Source of the DNA: the human T2T-CHM13v2.0 reference genome, Homo sapiens
Assembly: GCF_009914755.1 (NCBI RefSeq)
Contig: NC_060947.1
Length of the DNA stretch: 64,000 bases
Direction: 5' to 3' (one strand)
Shown in pieces: positions 1 through 14,342 of the stretch (position 1 is its first letter; each line of letters begins with the position of its first letter). Under the pieces are notes generated by a model. It saw nothing but the letters and a program-made list of their open reading frames with translations, was not told where the DNA came from and ran no database searches. The position numbers and the translations under genes are program-made.

Positions 1-660
1 TATATTTGCTTTCTTTTCTGTTTCTGCAAAAAAAAAAAAAAGGTGGGCACTGGGATTTTGACAGGAATTACATTGAATTTGTTGATTGATTTGGAAAGCA
101 TTGCCATTTTAATGATATTAGGTCTACTAATTCCTAAATATGGGATGTCTTCCCATTTATTTAGGATCTTTTAAATATCTTTCAAGAATCTTTTATAGTT
201 TACAGTATATAAGTCTTACACCTCCTTGGCTAAATTTATTCCTGAGTATTTTATTGTTTTTGATGTTTTTATAAGTGAAGGTGCTTTTAAATTTCCTTTT
301 TAGGTTGTTCATTGCTGGTTTATAGAAACACAACATATTTTGTATATTTACATTTTATCCTGTAATTTTGCTGAATTCATAATTACTGATTCAATCTCTC
401 TACATATTGCAGGTCTATTCAGGTCTTCTATTTTTTTCTAATTATTGTTTTATACATTTGTCTTTTAAGTCATATAGAAAAAAAGAGCAATTCCATACCA
501 AAATTACAATAACACTGATTTTTATATTTGCCCATGTCCTTTCATTTCAACCTGAAAGAGTCTCTTTAGCATTTTCTTGTAGTGTTGATATAGTGTTAAT
601 GAACTCCCTCAGGTTTTGTTTCTTTGGAATGTCCTGATTTCTTTCTCATTTTAAAAAATC
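1..660 (-). mobile_element. Old L1 (L1M) fragments
   Basis: Antisense L1 ORF2-type sequence (attacattgaatttg...cccatttatttagg). Confidence 0.65.
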
Positions 661-1399
661 CTTGGGAACAAAGTCTGCTCTGTTACCTCTAAATCCAGGT
701 ATCCACATTAGAAATGTAGGGCCCTATTTTCAAGACCACTACTTCACTAGCAAGTGGGCTGAGGCAGAGCTAAATTAAAATGTCACAAAGCTCTTCTATC
801 ATGGTTAAGTTGCCATATTCTTGATTCAACATTTGCTTGATTGCGATAAACCTTTGACTATTTTCCAGAGTCCTGGTAAAATTTATTCTTATTGTTTTTG
901 TTCCCAGTGTTTCCATGAAGGGACAGGCCCTTGGAGTTTTCTACTCTGTCATTTTCATTTTCTTTTGACATTGAAGGTCACGCACAGTTACTGCGAAATA
1001 TATCTAAACAGTGCACAAATGTATTCATTCATCATCTTAGAAAAATATGTGCTAGCCGTCTAAAAACTGTCAGTGTATACACAACACAAGGGTAAATCCA
1101 GACAAATACACACTTTATTAATAAAACATGTCAGGTTTGGTCTCAGAGTCCCTGTGGCTCCCCCGCCTTGGTGAGCTCAGTGAAACAATTACAAAGGAAT
1201 AGCATTCAGTGTTGAACATGCTCTCATAAAAACTTAATGCTTTTATTGATTAGTCAACCTATAGCAGTCTTCATGCTAACATAAGAAATGTTTATGGCTC
1301 ACTAGAACTACAAGTTATGAAACCCTTACTCTGTAATCTTTTCTATAAATAAATATTTTCATGGAATCCTGAACAGTACCATATAATGTATGGTCAATA

Positions 1400-2150
1400 A
1401 CTATCTTTTTGTCACAGATTAGAAAAATGAGGCACAAATACTTTGAAAGATTTGCCTGGGATCACAGGGTTAGTAAAGGACAGAGAAGGGGTTTGGACCT
1501 GGCTACATCTGACAGACTGAACTCTTGCTCTTAGCACATGAGCTATATTGTTTCCCTAAATGTTGGAATTCTCAGCCTCCATCTTCGTTGACTGATCTCA
1601 CCCACTTCTGTAGTTTTTAACTATCATTCTAGCAATGAGGACTTCCAACCCCTTATCTCCAGCCCATACTTCTTTCTCCAGGACCCCAGACAGTTATCCA
1701 GTTCTCTGTTGGACCTCTTGTGGCTGTCACAAGGGTACTTCAACATCAAAAGGTCCAAAATTGGCTTCATCATATCCCTTTTAAAAAATCTCTTCTTTCC
1801 CAGCCTCCAGCATGTTCCCTTATCTTACATTTGCTCTACCAGTGAATGGCCCAAGCATCCATTCTGCTGTCAAAATCTAGAAAACTGGGCATGATCCCTT
1901 ACTCTATTTTACTCCCAACATCCAATCAATTGCCAAAGCCTACTATCAACTCCTTCTTAATATCTCTTCAGTACACTTTTCTCCATTCTTACTATGTCTC
2001 CCCAGGTTTAGGTCACCATCATATACTTATCTTCTGTAGTCCCATAATAGCCTGCTTGTTGGTCATCCTGCCTAAAGCTTTGATTTTTTTTTTCACAGAA
2101 AATGATCATTTCCACATTATAAAATATGATTATGTAACCACGCTGCATTT
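1400..2150. mobile_element. MIR followed by an L2 fragment
   Basis: MIR core (aaatgaggcaca...gatttgcctgggatcacag) then a pyrimidine-rich L2-like tract. Confidence 0.55.
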
Positions 2151-3150
2151 TCTCATTTACTTCTCAAAATAGCCCCTATGTATTAGGTACAGCTTAAAGG
2201 AAGTTGTTTTTTATTTTTCAGAAACCAAAAACATTTCCAAAATAAAATGATCTTTGTCCTTAACGTGCAGTGTAGGAAGATATAGAAAATCAAATCATCA
2301 GGATAATATAGGGAGAAAAGTGAAATGATGGGAAGGACTTGAGTTAGCTCACAGAATGGAGGGGTAATCTGAAGAACTAGACCCAGTAAGGCCAGGAATC
2401 CAAGTAGCAGGAACTAACAGAGAACATCTTCCAGCTATCACTCTTGATCTGCATCAGAACCAGTTCTTGTGGTGTTAAGATTTTTAGTTCCCTTAATATT
2501 CAGGGAGTAGGATTGTTCTATCCTGGGCTCAGTTTGGGATGATGAAAAACTTCTGGAGATACATAGTGGTGATAATTGTGATGCAGGGCAGGCAATCCCC
2601 AAATTGGGGCTTAGACCAGGAGGGTTCTTGGTTTTACCCAGGAAAAAAATTCAAGGGTAAGCAGGTGGTATTAGCAACTTTTATTGAAGTAGCAATGTAC
2701 AGCAGCAGAAGAGGTACTGCTCCTTGTGGAGCAGCACTACCTGATAGGCAGTGTGCCCAGAGTAGCAGGTCAAAGGCAGTTCTGTAGTCATATTTATACC
2801 CACTTTTAAATATGTACAAATTATGGAGTGGATATGCAAAAATTTCTAGAAAAAGTGTGGTAATATCCGAGCTATCAGGTCATTGCCATGAAAAGGGACA
2901 GCAGCTTCCGGGTGTTGCCATGGCAATGGTAAACTGACATGGCACACTGGTTGGCATGTCTTATGGAAAGCTGCTTCTACTGTCCCTGTTTTAGCTAGTC
3001 CTCAATTTGGTCTTGTGTCTGAGCCCCACCTCTGGAGTTGAGTCTTGCCTCCTACCTCATTCTTCCCTCAGAGATTAGATATTCCTTCTTAATCTTAAAG
3101 GGGCTGCAGAAGGACGGAGGCCTATCTTCTGTAACTGCTTCCTGCTGAGT

Positions 3151-4164
3151 TTATGGGCATATACCTTGCCTAGCGCTGGAGGAGTAAAAATTTCTGGATC
3201 CCTGATCCAAGGAGCACAGAGGCAGGACACTTTTATTCTCTAGGTCAGTAGATGGAATGAATTGGAAGCCTCGTGCCAGCATTGTTTCTATCTGGAACTG
3301 TTGTAATCTAGAAGACACAAACTTTACACAGAGATTGAACAAGCAACAGCCAAAAATTAGTAACAACATGATAGCTATCAAAGGTCTTAGGAGAGGTAAA
3401 ACCAGGTGAAACTTGGGAAGGCATTTTTGATAGTCTACCAAATATATTTGGGGTCAGTGCCCTGGTTATATCTATGTAACCAAGTGGCTTGCTTGTATAT
3501 CTTTTGAATGTTAATGTCGAGTTGTCCAGAGTTGTTAATACGTGCAGCAGGTTATTAATAACTGTACAGACACCATCTTGTTCAACTAGTAAATAATCTA
3601 ATGCTAGTCTGTTATTGAGAATTACATTTGCCAAAGAGTCTAGGGACTCTTCAATTCTCTTTAGTGTCCGATCTCTGTTGGTGGCTGAGGATTCTAGGGC
3701 TTGAGTCAAGTTCTTTAGAATTGACTTGTGGTAAGCAAATCTGCCCCACAGTGCTGCTAGTCCTACTGCTGCCCCAATTCCCACCAGACTTAATCCAATT
3801 GCTCATTTACTTCTGGTGTTCTTGGGTGTTATGGGGTTATAGACTGTGACCCCTGGAGGGGCAAGGGGGGCCAAAGTACATTTACCTCTGTTTTAAGTTG
3901 TTTATATATAAGGGCAAGCTATTCCTAAAAGAACAGATGACTCCCTGGAGAGTCAGTACTAGTTATGAAGTGTGACTTTTCCCCATTTATGACCACAAAC
4001 AATAAGCCCAGTTGGGACACAGAGGCTCTATGGGGTGTGATGTTTATTCTTGCTGCCAAGTTAGGTCTATAGAGGTATTTTTCCCCTGTTCTAATGGGGA
4101 TGGTTGAACAATCTTTGTTTTCCAAAAGGGGGCAGTACTCCCGCCTTCCCAGATTAGGCGGTTG

Positions 4165-4196
<32 letters not shown>

Positions 4197-4801
4197 ATGT
4201 TCTGATCAGGAGAAGGCACCATATACGGTTTCCTTGTTCGCAAGTGGAATCCCATTACCTTGCTGCAGCCTTAAGAACATGGCAACTAGAGTTGGATCAG
4301 ATCATTGTAGGGAGACTTCTGCTTTTTTGTCATTAACACAACAGTGAGTGCAAAAGATAGAATCATTACTGCACTGGAGATATAGATAATCAACTTCCCA
4401 GGTCCAGGTAATAGTGGTGGGGGTAATTCAGGTGGAACCCATTAAGTGGGGGGAGAGTTCTATTTAACAAGTAGGGATTTGGGCACTTTGGGATCACTAT
4501 GGTTAGTTAGGAGGTCTGGGGACATGGCTGTGAGATTTTCTGGATAGGCCAGAAGATGGAACTCTCTATCCTGGGGATATTGATGACAAATCTAGCAACC
4601 ATGAAGATGATTCTCTGATGCTATACTTTTTGAAATATTTACTATAGAGTTTTGTTCCCACCCACACTGGATCAGGGTAATTGGAAGAGCAAACAAGATT
4701 AACAATGACAGCTTGGTGTCCGGTTGGACCTTAGAGTGGCCTCTAAACCCAATAAGGACAAAAGAGATGGTTCTCAGGAGAAGGCGGCTGGCTAAAGCCA
4801 T
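3151..4801 (-). pseudogene. Disrupted gammaretroviral-type env
   Basis: Signal-peptide region ..QCGWEQNSIVNISKSIASENHLHGC; fusion peptide IGAAVGLAALWG; immunosuppressive domain LNNRLALDYLLVEQDGVC; TM LLLIFGCCLFN; frameshifts and stops. Confidence 0.88.
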
Positions 4802-4937
4802 AGAAAAGAAATGTTATGGTAAAGGAGAGAAAAATTAATGCTCCTGTTCCCATCCACAGCATCATGTTACCACTTCTGGCTGAGTGTTGATTCTGTTAAA
4901 TTACTAGTGAAGGTCTTCCAAAGGCCTACAGATGTCC

Positions 4938-4986
4938 TATATATATCCCATTAGTTCTGTCCCTCTAGAGAACCCTGACTAATACA
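4938..4986 (+). mobile_element. MLT2 (ERVL LTR) 3'-terminal fragment
   Basis: ATTAGTTCTGTCCCTCTAGAGAACCCTGACTAATACA is the characteristic MLT2A/B end. Confidence 0.7.
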
Positions 4987-5751
4987 GACAGCAACTTTTA
5001 TTGAAGCAGCAGTGTACAGCAGCAGCAGAGGAACTGCTCCTTGTGGAGCAGGGCTACCCCGTAGGCAGTGTGCCCAGAGTAGCAGCCCAAAAGCAGTTCT
5101 GTAGTCATATTTATACCCACTTTTACATATATACAAATTAAGGACTGGATTATGCAGAAATTTATAGAGAAAGGGTAGTAACTTCTGGGTCATTGGGTCA
5201 CTGCCGTAGAAAAGGGTGATAACTTCTGGGTGTTGTGATAAGAATGGTAAACTGACATGGCACACTGGTGAGCATGTCTTATTGAAAGCTGCTTCCACCC
5301 TGTCTTTGTTTTAACTGATCTTCAATTTGGTCCAGTGTCTGAGCCATGCCTGCAGAGTTGAGTCCCACCTCCTACTTAGTTGCACAACAATATGAATGTA
5401 CTTAATGCCACTGAACTATATACTTAAAACTTGCTAAAATGGTAAAAGTTATGTTATGTATATTTTACCAATATAAAAGCAAAACTAAACTAAAAATACC
5501 CAACAAAATATGTTGCAAAGGATCTGAATATTCAGCTCTAAGAAAAAAGACATACCAATGATGAATAAGTCCATGAAAAACTGACTTATTGTATGATTCC
5601 ATGCATATATAATGTCTAGAATTGACAAATCCATAGAGAAAGAAAGTAGATTAGTGGTCAGTTAGGGCTTTAGGGTTGGAAAAGGTAGGGATCATACCTA
5701 CAGAGCATGGGGTTTATTTTTGATGTGATGAAAATATTTTAAAACTTATCA

Positions 5752-6035
<284 letters not shown>

Positions 6036-6946
6036 TTATTGTGATGTTGGTTGTACATATCTGTGAATATACAAAAAGTATTAAATTATACACCTTATAT
6101 GGGTAAATATTATAATATATGCATTATATCTTAATAAAGCTATTACTAAACAAAAAGGAATAATATAGAGATAGCCACTGTACCATTTGTCCAGTTTCCC
6201 TCAGATGTAACTTTTGCATAGCTATAGTGCAATATCACAACCAGAAAATTCACATAGCTACAATCCATTGACCTTATTCGGATTTCACCACTTTTACATG
6301 CATTCATTTGCATGTGTATGTATATATTTAGTTTTATGCAATTTTGTCATGTATTGATTTGTATGACCACCACTACAGGCAAGATACATCACAGACATTC
6401 CTGGTCCTACCCTTTTATAACCAAAGTCACCTTCCCTTCCTTCTCTCCTGCTAACTTTTGCCAACCACAAAACTGCTCTCCATCTCTATAATGGTGTCAT
6501 TTCAAGAATGTTATATAAATGAAATTATACTGTACCATTTGGGATTTTTCTTGACAGCATAAACATATCCAAAAATGTTTTTTGTTAAATAACCTTTTTC
6601 TCTGTACTTGGCTAGAGGAAACAGGTTTTTCTTGAAGCTTTTCATGTTCATGACTGTTGGATGCTCCTGATAGGAGGCTTTCCCAGAGTCCTGTTCATTA
6701 TATGAGACAATAAGGAAATCAAGGGAACTTGCTGCTGTGTTGTTCCTTAAGTTCCAAGGTCCTTAGGCAGTCCGTCTACCTCTTCCTACCTTTCAGTCGT
6801 CCTACCTTTCAGAGTCTTCCTATGCATGTTTGTTGTGCTATGACTACGGTTTTTTTAGTTGTAATAGGGAGGGCCTTGGAGGGATGGGGCTGCTCCATCT
6901 TGTCCAGAACTAGAAGCATGAAGGTCAGGTTTTTGCTGTACGATAA

Positions 6947-7345
<399 letters not shown>

Positions 7346-7768
7346 GTGTGTCTTTATTTATTGTTGTAGGGAGGGGCCTTGGGATTCCTACCAATTTGTC
7401 TCTATCCTTCTCAGAGAATCAACAGTATCTTTTGAAAAGAAAAAAAAATTAAGGTTTGATAAAATCTGACATATTGATCTGATCTGTTGTTGTTAGAGCC
7501 TGTGTTTTTGAGTTCTAATTTAAAATTTCTATGAACTAAAGATCACTGAGAGTTTCTCCTGTTTTCTTCTAGAAGCTTTATGTTTTACTTCTTAAATTTA
7601 GGTCTATTATACAGTTTGACCCAACTTTTCCATATGATGTGAGATAAAGTTCTTGTAAGTATTGCTGTTATTGGAAATGGCTATCCAATTGTTCCAACAC
7701 CAATTGTTGAAAAGATTGTCTGTTCCTCATGGAATTACCTTGGAATCTTTGTCAAAAATCAATTGGAG

Positions 7769-8040
7769 GGCCAAGCAAAATGGCACACGATTATAATTCC
7801 AGAACTTTGGGAGGCTGACCCAGGAGGATCACTTGAGGCTGGGAGTTTGAGACCAGCCTGGGCAACCCCATCTCTTCAAAAATAAAAAAATCAGTCAGCT
7901 GTGATGGCATGTATGTGTAATCCTAGCTACTTTGGAGGATGAGGCTGGAGTATAACTTCAGCCCAGGAGTTCAAGGTTACAGTGAGCTATGATTGCATCA
8001 CTGCACTCCAGCCTGGGCAACAGAGTGAGACTCTGTTTCT
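7769..8040 (+). mobile_element. AluJ
   Basis: Diverged Alu dimer. Confidence 0.9.
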
Positions 8041-8470
8041 ATTTTTTTAAAAAATCAACTGGCATATATGTGTGGGTCTATTTCTTCACTCACTATCCCA
8101 TTCCACTGATCAAGTTGTTTATATTTATGCTGATAAATACTGTAGGATTGCAATGCTCTATGCAAAGTGTTTTGATTACTGTACTTTTATAATAATCTTA
8201 CAATAAAATAGTGAAAGTCCTCCAAAATGTTTGTCTTTTCAAAGTTGTTTTGACTGTTCTTAGTCTTTTAGACTTTTTAATATAAACATTAGAATCAAGT
8301 TGTCAATTTTTATAAAAAACTGCTAGGATTTAATTTATGTCATCAATGTTTGGTACTTTTCAGTGTGCAGGCCTTGTACATCTTTTGTCAAATTTATCCC
8401 AAAGTATTTTATATTTTTAGTGCTATTGTAAATTATATTTTTAAAAATTTTAGTCTGGTTATTCACTGTT

Positions 8471-8898
8471 TGTAATGTTTTGAATATTTTCCCCCAAAAT
8501 CCATATCCACCCAGAACCTGAGAATGTGACCTTATTTTGAAATAGGGTATTTGCAGATGTAATTAATTAAGGGTTGAAATGAGATTATACTAGATTAGTG
8601 TGGGTCCTAAATCCAATGGGTAGATCCTTATAAGAGACAGAAAGAATACACAGAGAGACACAGAGAGGAGAAGCAGAGATGAGAGTCTTGCTGCCACAAA
8701 GAAATGCCTGGGGCCACTAGAAGCTGGAAGGGGTAAGGAAGAATTCTTTCTGAGAGCCATCAGAGAGAACATGGCCCTGGTGACACCTTGACTTTGGAGT
8801 TCTGGCCTGCAAAACTATGAGATGATAAATTTCTAGGTTTTTCTGAAGCCACCAAGTTTGTGGTAATTTGTTGAGGAAGTCTCAGAAAACTTAATACA
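8471..8898 (+). mobile_element. MLT1 (MaLR) solo LTR
   Basis: gaatgtgaccttattttgaaatagggtatttgcagatgtaatt...aagccaccaagtttgtggtaatttgtt...aataca. Confidence 0.85.
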
Positions 8899-10559
8899 TT
8901 GCTAGTATATAGAGGTACAACTAAATTTGTATATTGTGGATTGTATCCTGCAACTTCTCTAAATTCACATTATTAGCTCTAGTAGCTTTTTGTATACTAT
9001 TTAGGAGTTTCTTCATAGGCAATTATGTTTTCGATGAATAAAGATTGTTTTACTTCATCCTTTGCAATCGGTAATACTTTTATTTCTTTTTCTTGTCTTA
9101 ACTGCCCTGGCTAGAACTTCTAATACAATGTTGAGTCAATTTTGTGAGAGTGTCCATTTTTCCCTTGTTTCCCATCTTGGGGGGAAAGCATTTAGTCTTT
9201 ATGTACACATCATTATGTATGCTTTTGTAGATGCATTTTATTGGGTTGAGGTATTTTATCTATACCTGGCTACTGAGTATTTTAATCAGTAATGAATATT
9301 GGAATTCTGGCAACTGTTTTTTTCATTATCCATTGACATGATCATAATATTTTTTTTACTACGTTAATGTGGTAAATTATCATTTTTTTCTAATATCAAC
9401 CCTACCTTGATTCCCTAGCATAAAACCTACTTTTGGTCATGGTGTATTGTGTTTTTTATATATCATTGGATTCAATTTTACTAACATTTTGTTGAGAATT
9501 TTTGCATATATGTTCATGAGGGATATTGGCTTATAGTTATATTTCTTTGTAATATAATTATCTGGTTTAGTTGTCTGGTCAATTATAACCTCATGGGGTG
9601 ACTTGGAAAGTATTTCCTCATCTTCAATTTTCTGGAAGATTTTGCATAGAATTTGTGTTATGTCATCCTTAGATGTTTGATAGAATTGCCAGTAAAGCCA
9701 CCTCAACCTAGAGGTTTTTTTAGAAGGATGATTTTAAATAAAACTTTCATTATTTGATAATTGTAGGGATTTCTTTTATTCTAATATATGAATTTAGTGC
9801 TATAAATTTCCCCCTATGTACTTCTTTTACCACATCCTGCAAATTATCATATGTTGAGTTTTCACTTTCACTCAGTTCAGAGTACCTTCTAATTTCCCTT
9901 TTGATCTCTTCTTTGGGCCATGGGTTCCTTAGACATGTGTTATTTTGTGTTCATTTAAATATCTGAGGATTTTTCAGAGATCTTTCTGTTACTGGCTTCT
10001 CATTTAATTCCATTGTGCTTAGAAAACATAAGTTTTACTATTTGAATCCTGTTAACATTATTGAGATTAATTTTATGGCTCTGAATGTAGACTACCTTGG
10101 TAAATGTTCCACGTGCATGTGAAACAAATGTATAAACTACTGTTATTGGTGGCAAGTTCTATGCTGTTGTTCAAGTCTTATAGATACTTGCTGATTTTCC
10201 ATTTTGTCAAATTTTGAGAGAAGGTTTTGAAATCCTTGTAACTGTGAATTTGTCTATTTCTCCTTGCAGTTCTATGTTTTTGTTTCATGTATTTTGAAGC
10301 ACTGTAATATAAGAATGCTTAGAATTGTTGTGTCCTCTTGATATATATGCCACTTAAAATTATATAATGACCTCCTTTATTTCTTGTATTATTCTTGGGT
10401 CTGAAATTTATTGTATCTGATATCAATACAGTCATTCAAGCATCATTTTGATTTGTAATAAAATTATTCATCTTTTCCATCCTTTTACTTGTAAACAATT
10501 TGTATCTTTAAATTTAAAATAAGGTTCCTATAGGCAGCATATATTTGTGAGTTTCTTTT

Positions 10560-10971
10560 TTTTCACATACTATTTTTTAAATTATTGTTATACTTTAAGT
10601 TCTGGGGTACATGTGCAGAATGTGCAGTTTTGTGACATAGGTATACACGAGCTATCGTGGTTTGCTACACCCATCAACCCGTCACCTACATTAGGTATTT
10701 CTCCTAATGCTATCCCTCCTCTAGCCCTATAAAGACACATGCACACGTATGTTTATTGTGGCACTATTCACAATAGCAAAGACTTGGAGCCAATCAAAAT
10801 GTCCATCAATGATAGACTGGATTAAGAAAATGTGGCACATATACACCATGGAATACTATGCAGCCATAAAAAAGGATGAGTTCATGTCCTTTGCAGGGAC
10901 ATGGATGAAGCTGGAAACCATCATTCTCAGCAAACTATCACAAGAACAGAAAACCACATGGACACATGGAG
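10560..10971 (-). mobile_element. Short 5'-inverted L1PA insertion
   Basis: Antisense 3' end up to 10728, then sense ORF2-end sequence 10729-10971; TSD GTGAGTTTCTTTT. Confidence 0.85.
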
Positions 10972-12863
10972 GTGAGTTTCTTTTCTATTCAATCTGACCA
11001 TCTCTGCTTTATGACTGAGGTGTTTAAACCACTTACATTAATGTGACTATTGATATTTGAGTTTAAGTCAACCATCTTGTTATTTGTTTTCATTTGTCCT
11101 GTCTGTTCTTTGTTCTCTTTTTTTGAATTTCTTTCGACTATTTTGAGGATTCCATTTTACCTCATATGTTGGCTTATTAGCTATAACTTTTTTACTGGTT
11201 GATTTAAGGTTTATAGTACACATCTGTAATGTATCAGAATCTACCTTCAAGTGACATTAATATATAGAATAAGAACCTTAAAATTGTGTACTTTCATTTC
11301 CCTTCTTCTGGCCTTTGTACTATTATTTCCCCCTCTTCTGGCTTTTGTGCTAAAACATACATTTTAATTTTAATATCCAGTAAGTCAGAGACAATCATAA
11401 GACTCATGTTACTTATTTACCCTCTTTCAGATAACTTTGCCCTCCACTCTCTGATAGATGGTAAGTGACTGAAAAGTGTTGTTTTCATATGTTCTGTCCA
11501 GGTTTTAGTTGTTTCAGTTAGGGAGGTAAATCCAGTCCCTGTTACTCCATTTTCACTGAAAGCATAAATGTGGATTAGTGTTTTAAATGACAGTTAATCA
11601 TGAAGGCTTTATTTTACTTCTAACCAAAGTGTACTTCCTATGCTATCTGGAATTCCTGGAAGAGTCCAGTGTCTGTGTCCTTGCCCTACACTGAACTAGA
11701 ATGTTCAAACTGCCGTGCTTTCTTTGGTCATACAATAGCCTTTAAGTTTACTTTCTACATTTCCTTCAATGGACTTGAATGTTTTAAGGAAAAAAAACGA
11801 GTAACTGTTTTGTTAGAAAGTTATGAGATATTATCTACATTATCTCAATTTTGTTAGAAATACGTAAGGATCCAAAAATGTATTAATTGTTACTATTTGC
11901 TGAATAGCACTAAATGAATATTTCTCTTGTCCAGTTTTTCATTCATTCATTCAACAAGTATTTACTAGATGTACATGATGTGCTAAACCCAAATGGTCTA
12001 ATCCATATCTACATCTCAAACATCCATTTTGAACATCGTTTTTCTTTGAGAACCAAGGCACACTCTCTAAGCTCCCTGTCTGCTCTTTGCCAGAATTTGT
12101 AGGCTTTTATGGGAAGAATTTACACATTTTGTGAAGAATGGCCACAGTAAAGGAGAAAAGGAGGCTCACCATATAACCTATAGAAATGATATATAGGCAA
12201 ATGCCTTCAGAATCTTAGCTATAGCTGCTCCCCTTGAGGGAATGTTATGCTCTGCTCTCTATTGCCTTTTGCTCACTGTCTGCTGGTTACTGGTAGTTGC
12301 TTGAGCATTTTATATGGAGCCTGACCACTCACATGCTACAGCCTCAGCTGCGCCTTCAGACACAAACACTGTGTTAAGAGCCAAGAGAAACTGGTTAGCA
12401 GAAGACTCTCTTCATAGAGTAGAATCTTAAACCCAACTTTCTCTGAGAAACTGACAGGGCAACTTCAATCTGCCTAGACATAGAAGAGATATGCATTTTT
12501 ATGGGCATATGTGTGTCTCATCTTCTATCATGGGTATGATATCAGTTCACACATGAACTTAATTTCTCCTCATGAACACTTTTTTTTCCATTGAAGCTGG
12601 TGCTAACACTGACAATCAAGAGTAAGAAGTCTGGTAGGACATAAGCCTCTCTGTTCATCAATTTTCCTGACCTTTCAACTCTAGCCTCTCTATAATCTTC
12701 TGTCTTGTGTCTTAAGTGCCTGCAGGAGGAGAAAGAGCTTTGAAATTACTAAAGCATCTGATTCATGAAGTCTGGGATTTGTGATGTTATGTGACATTTT
12801 CACCTGCCTGTCCACTTTTCCCCTTTGGTTTCACAAGTTCTATTGCAATGTTATATTCTAGAA

Positions 12864-13170
12864 CAGGAGTGGCAAACTTTTTCTGTTAGGACCAGAAAAA
12901 AAATATGTAGTCATTGTAAGCAAGCTATACTATCTCTTTCACAACTACTCAACTCTGACACTGTAGTACAAAAACAGCCATAGATAACATGTAAATCAAT
13001 AAGCAGACCATTGTTCCAGTAAAAATTTATGGACACCAAAACTTGAATTTCATAGTTTTGGTGTAATATTCTCAAGTTTTTCAACCTTTAAAAAATGTAA
13101 AAATCATTCTTATAGGCCAAATAATAGGCAGTGGGCCAGATTTGGCCCATGGGTTGTTTGCCAACCCCTG
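12864..13170. mobile_element. MER58-like hAT-Charlie MITE
   Basis: TIRs CAGGAGTGGCAAAC / GTTTGCCAACCCCTG; 8-bp TSD TTCTAGAA/TTCTGGAA. Confidence 0.85.
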
Positions 13171-14210
13171 TTCTGGAATCCTAACTTTAAGTTTATAAGA
13201 CTGTCTTCATACATAAAATGTGTGTATTTCATCTAATTAGCACAAACTGAGGGGGATTTTATTTCCCTAGTTCTGCTGGGACACTTAACCCCAATTGTCT
13301 TCCCGTAGACTTCTCATAAAGATCTCATTTGTGTATCCATTTATTCACTAAGTGATTTCCTGATGTCCAACTCTGTATAGATAACAAAATTCTGTACATT
13401 CATGGATTTCAGGTAAATGTGAGCTGGTATGAGGTGGGACTATCTCAGATTGAAAGTGGGCTGTGTTTCCTCACACATCTTATAGTCTGCTATACTGAGG
13501 AGGAGGTTTCCTGGGAGAGAACTACCTGTAAGGAAAGATCTAGACAGACAATGTTTTTCCATGAAACAAAGCAGGGAGAGGGGATTTGTCCACTCTTTTG
13601 TAGAGTAGAGCAAGGATTCAATCCACTGGAAATTCCAGAGAAATTGGTGGGACTTTCTCACTTTCAGGATTTCTGAACATCTGCATTGGTAGGAGCCAGT
13701 GTAGGGAGCAAAACCTAGCAGAGTAATACCCAGGGGAGATGATGAGAATAGAGCACAGCAGCAGAGGAATGAAAGTACCTACTCCTTAGTCCACTGGACT
13801 TGTGAATATAGGGAAGACCTCACCTTGGAAATTTCCTCTAATAACAGAAGGGAATATCTAAAGTGTTGGGTCATGCATGTCAGTAAGAACAAGAACTTGG
13901 GAGAAAGCTCACAACCTCATTACCTTATCTGGTCCATACAACAAGCCTGGGAGGTGATTGTCTTCATCTTACTGATAAATATTATTATCTTCAAAGAGAT
14001 GTGTCTCTTACATTTCTAAAAAGAGAGCCCAGAGGCAAGCTAAAATTGAGATTCTGTCACAAGTGTTTAGTAAGTGCTCACATCGCTTTTATAAGGTGGT
14101 CACATTGCTTTTTATCAGTAATACGTGTTCCATTTTGAAAAATAAGAAATTATGGGTAAGCAAGAATAAACTCCCTCTTAATTCTACCACAGAGATAAAC
14201 ACTATTTACT

Positions 14211-14217
14211 ATATATA

Positions 14218-14270
<53 letters not shown>
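14211..14270. repeat. (TG)n(TA)n microsatellite
   Basis: Direct reading. Confidence 0.95.
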
Positions 14271-14272
<2 letters not shown>

Positions 14273-14336
14273 CTGTTTAGGTGCATGTTTAAGATTTAAA
14301 GTAAAAAAGAATGCAGAGAATGCTTTTTAAAACTGT

Positions 14337-14342
14337 TTTATT
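14337..14342 (-). terminator. BEX2 polyadenylation signal AATAAA
   Basis: TTTATT on plus, about 220 nt past the stop codon. Confidence 0.7.

Larger units (their letters stand above)
2579..5358 (-). mobile_element. Internally deleted ERV1 provirus (MER66/ERV-V-like): 3' LTR 2579-3059, truncated 5' LTR about 4987-5358
   Basis: Two direct LTR copies, a polypurine tract at 3060-3072, a 4-bp TSD ATTG/GTTG (one mismatch), and env remnants between the LTRs. Inserted in an L1 3' end. Confidence 0.88.
7480..11450 (-). mobile_element. Fragmented old L1 interrupted by Alu, MLT1 and L1PA
   Basis: Minus ORF 9437-9706 contains the L1 ORF2 motif [19 protein letters not shown]. Confidence 0.75.
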
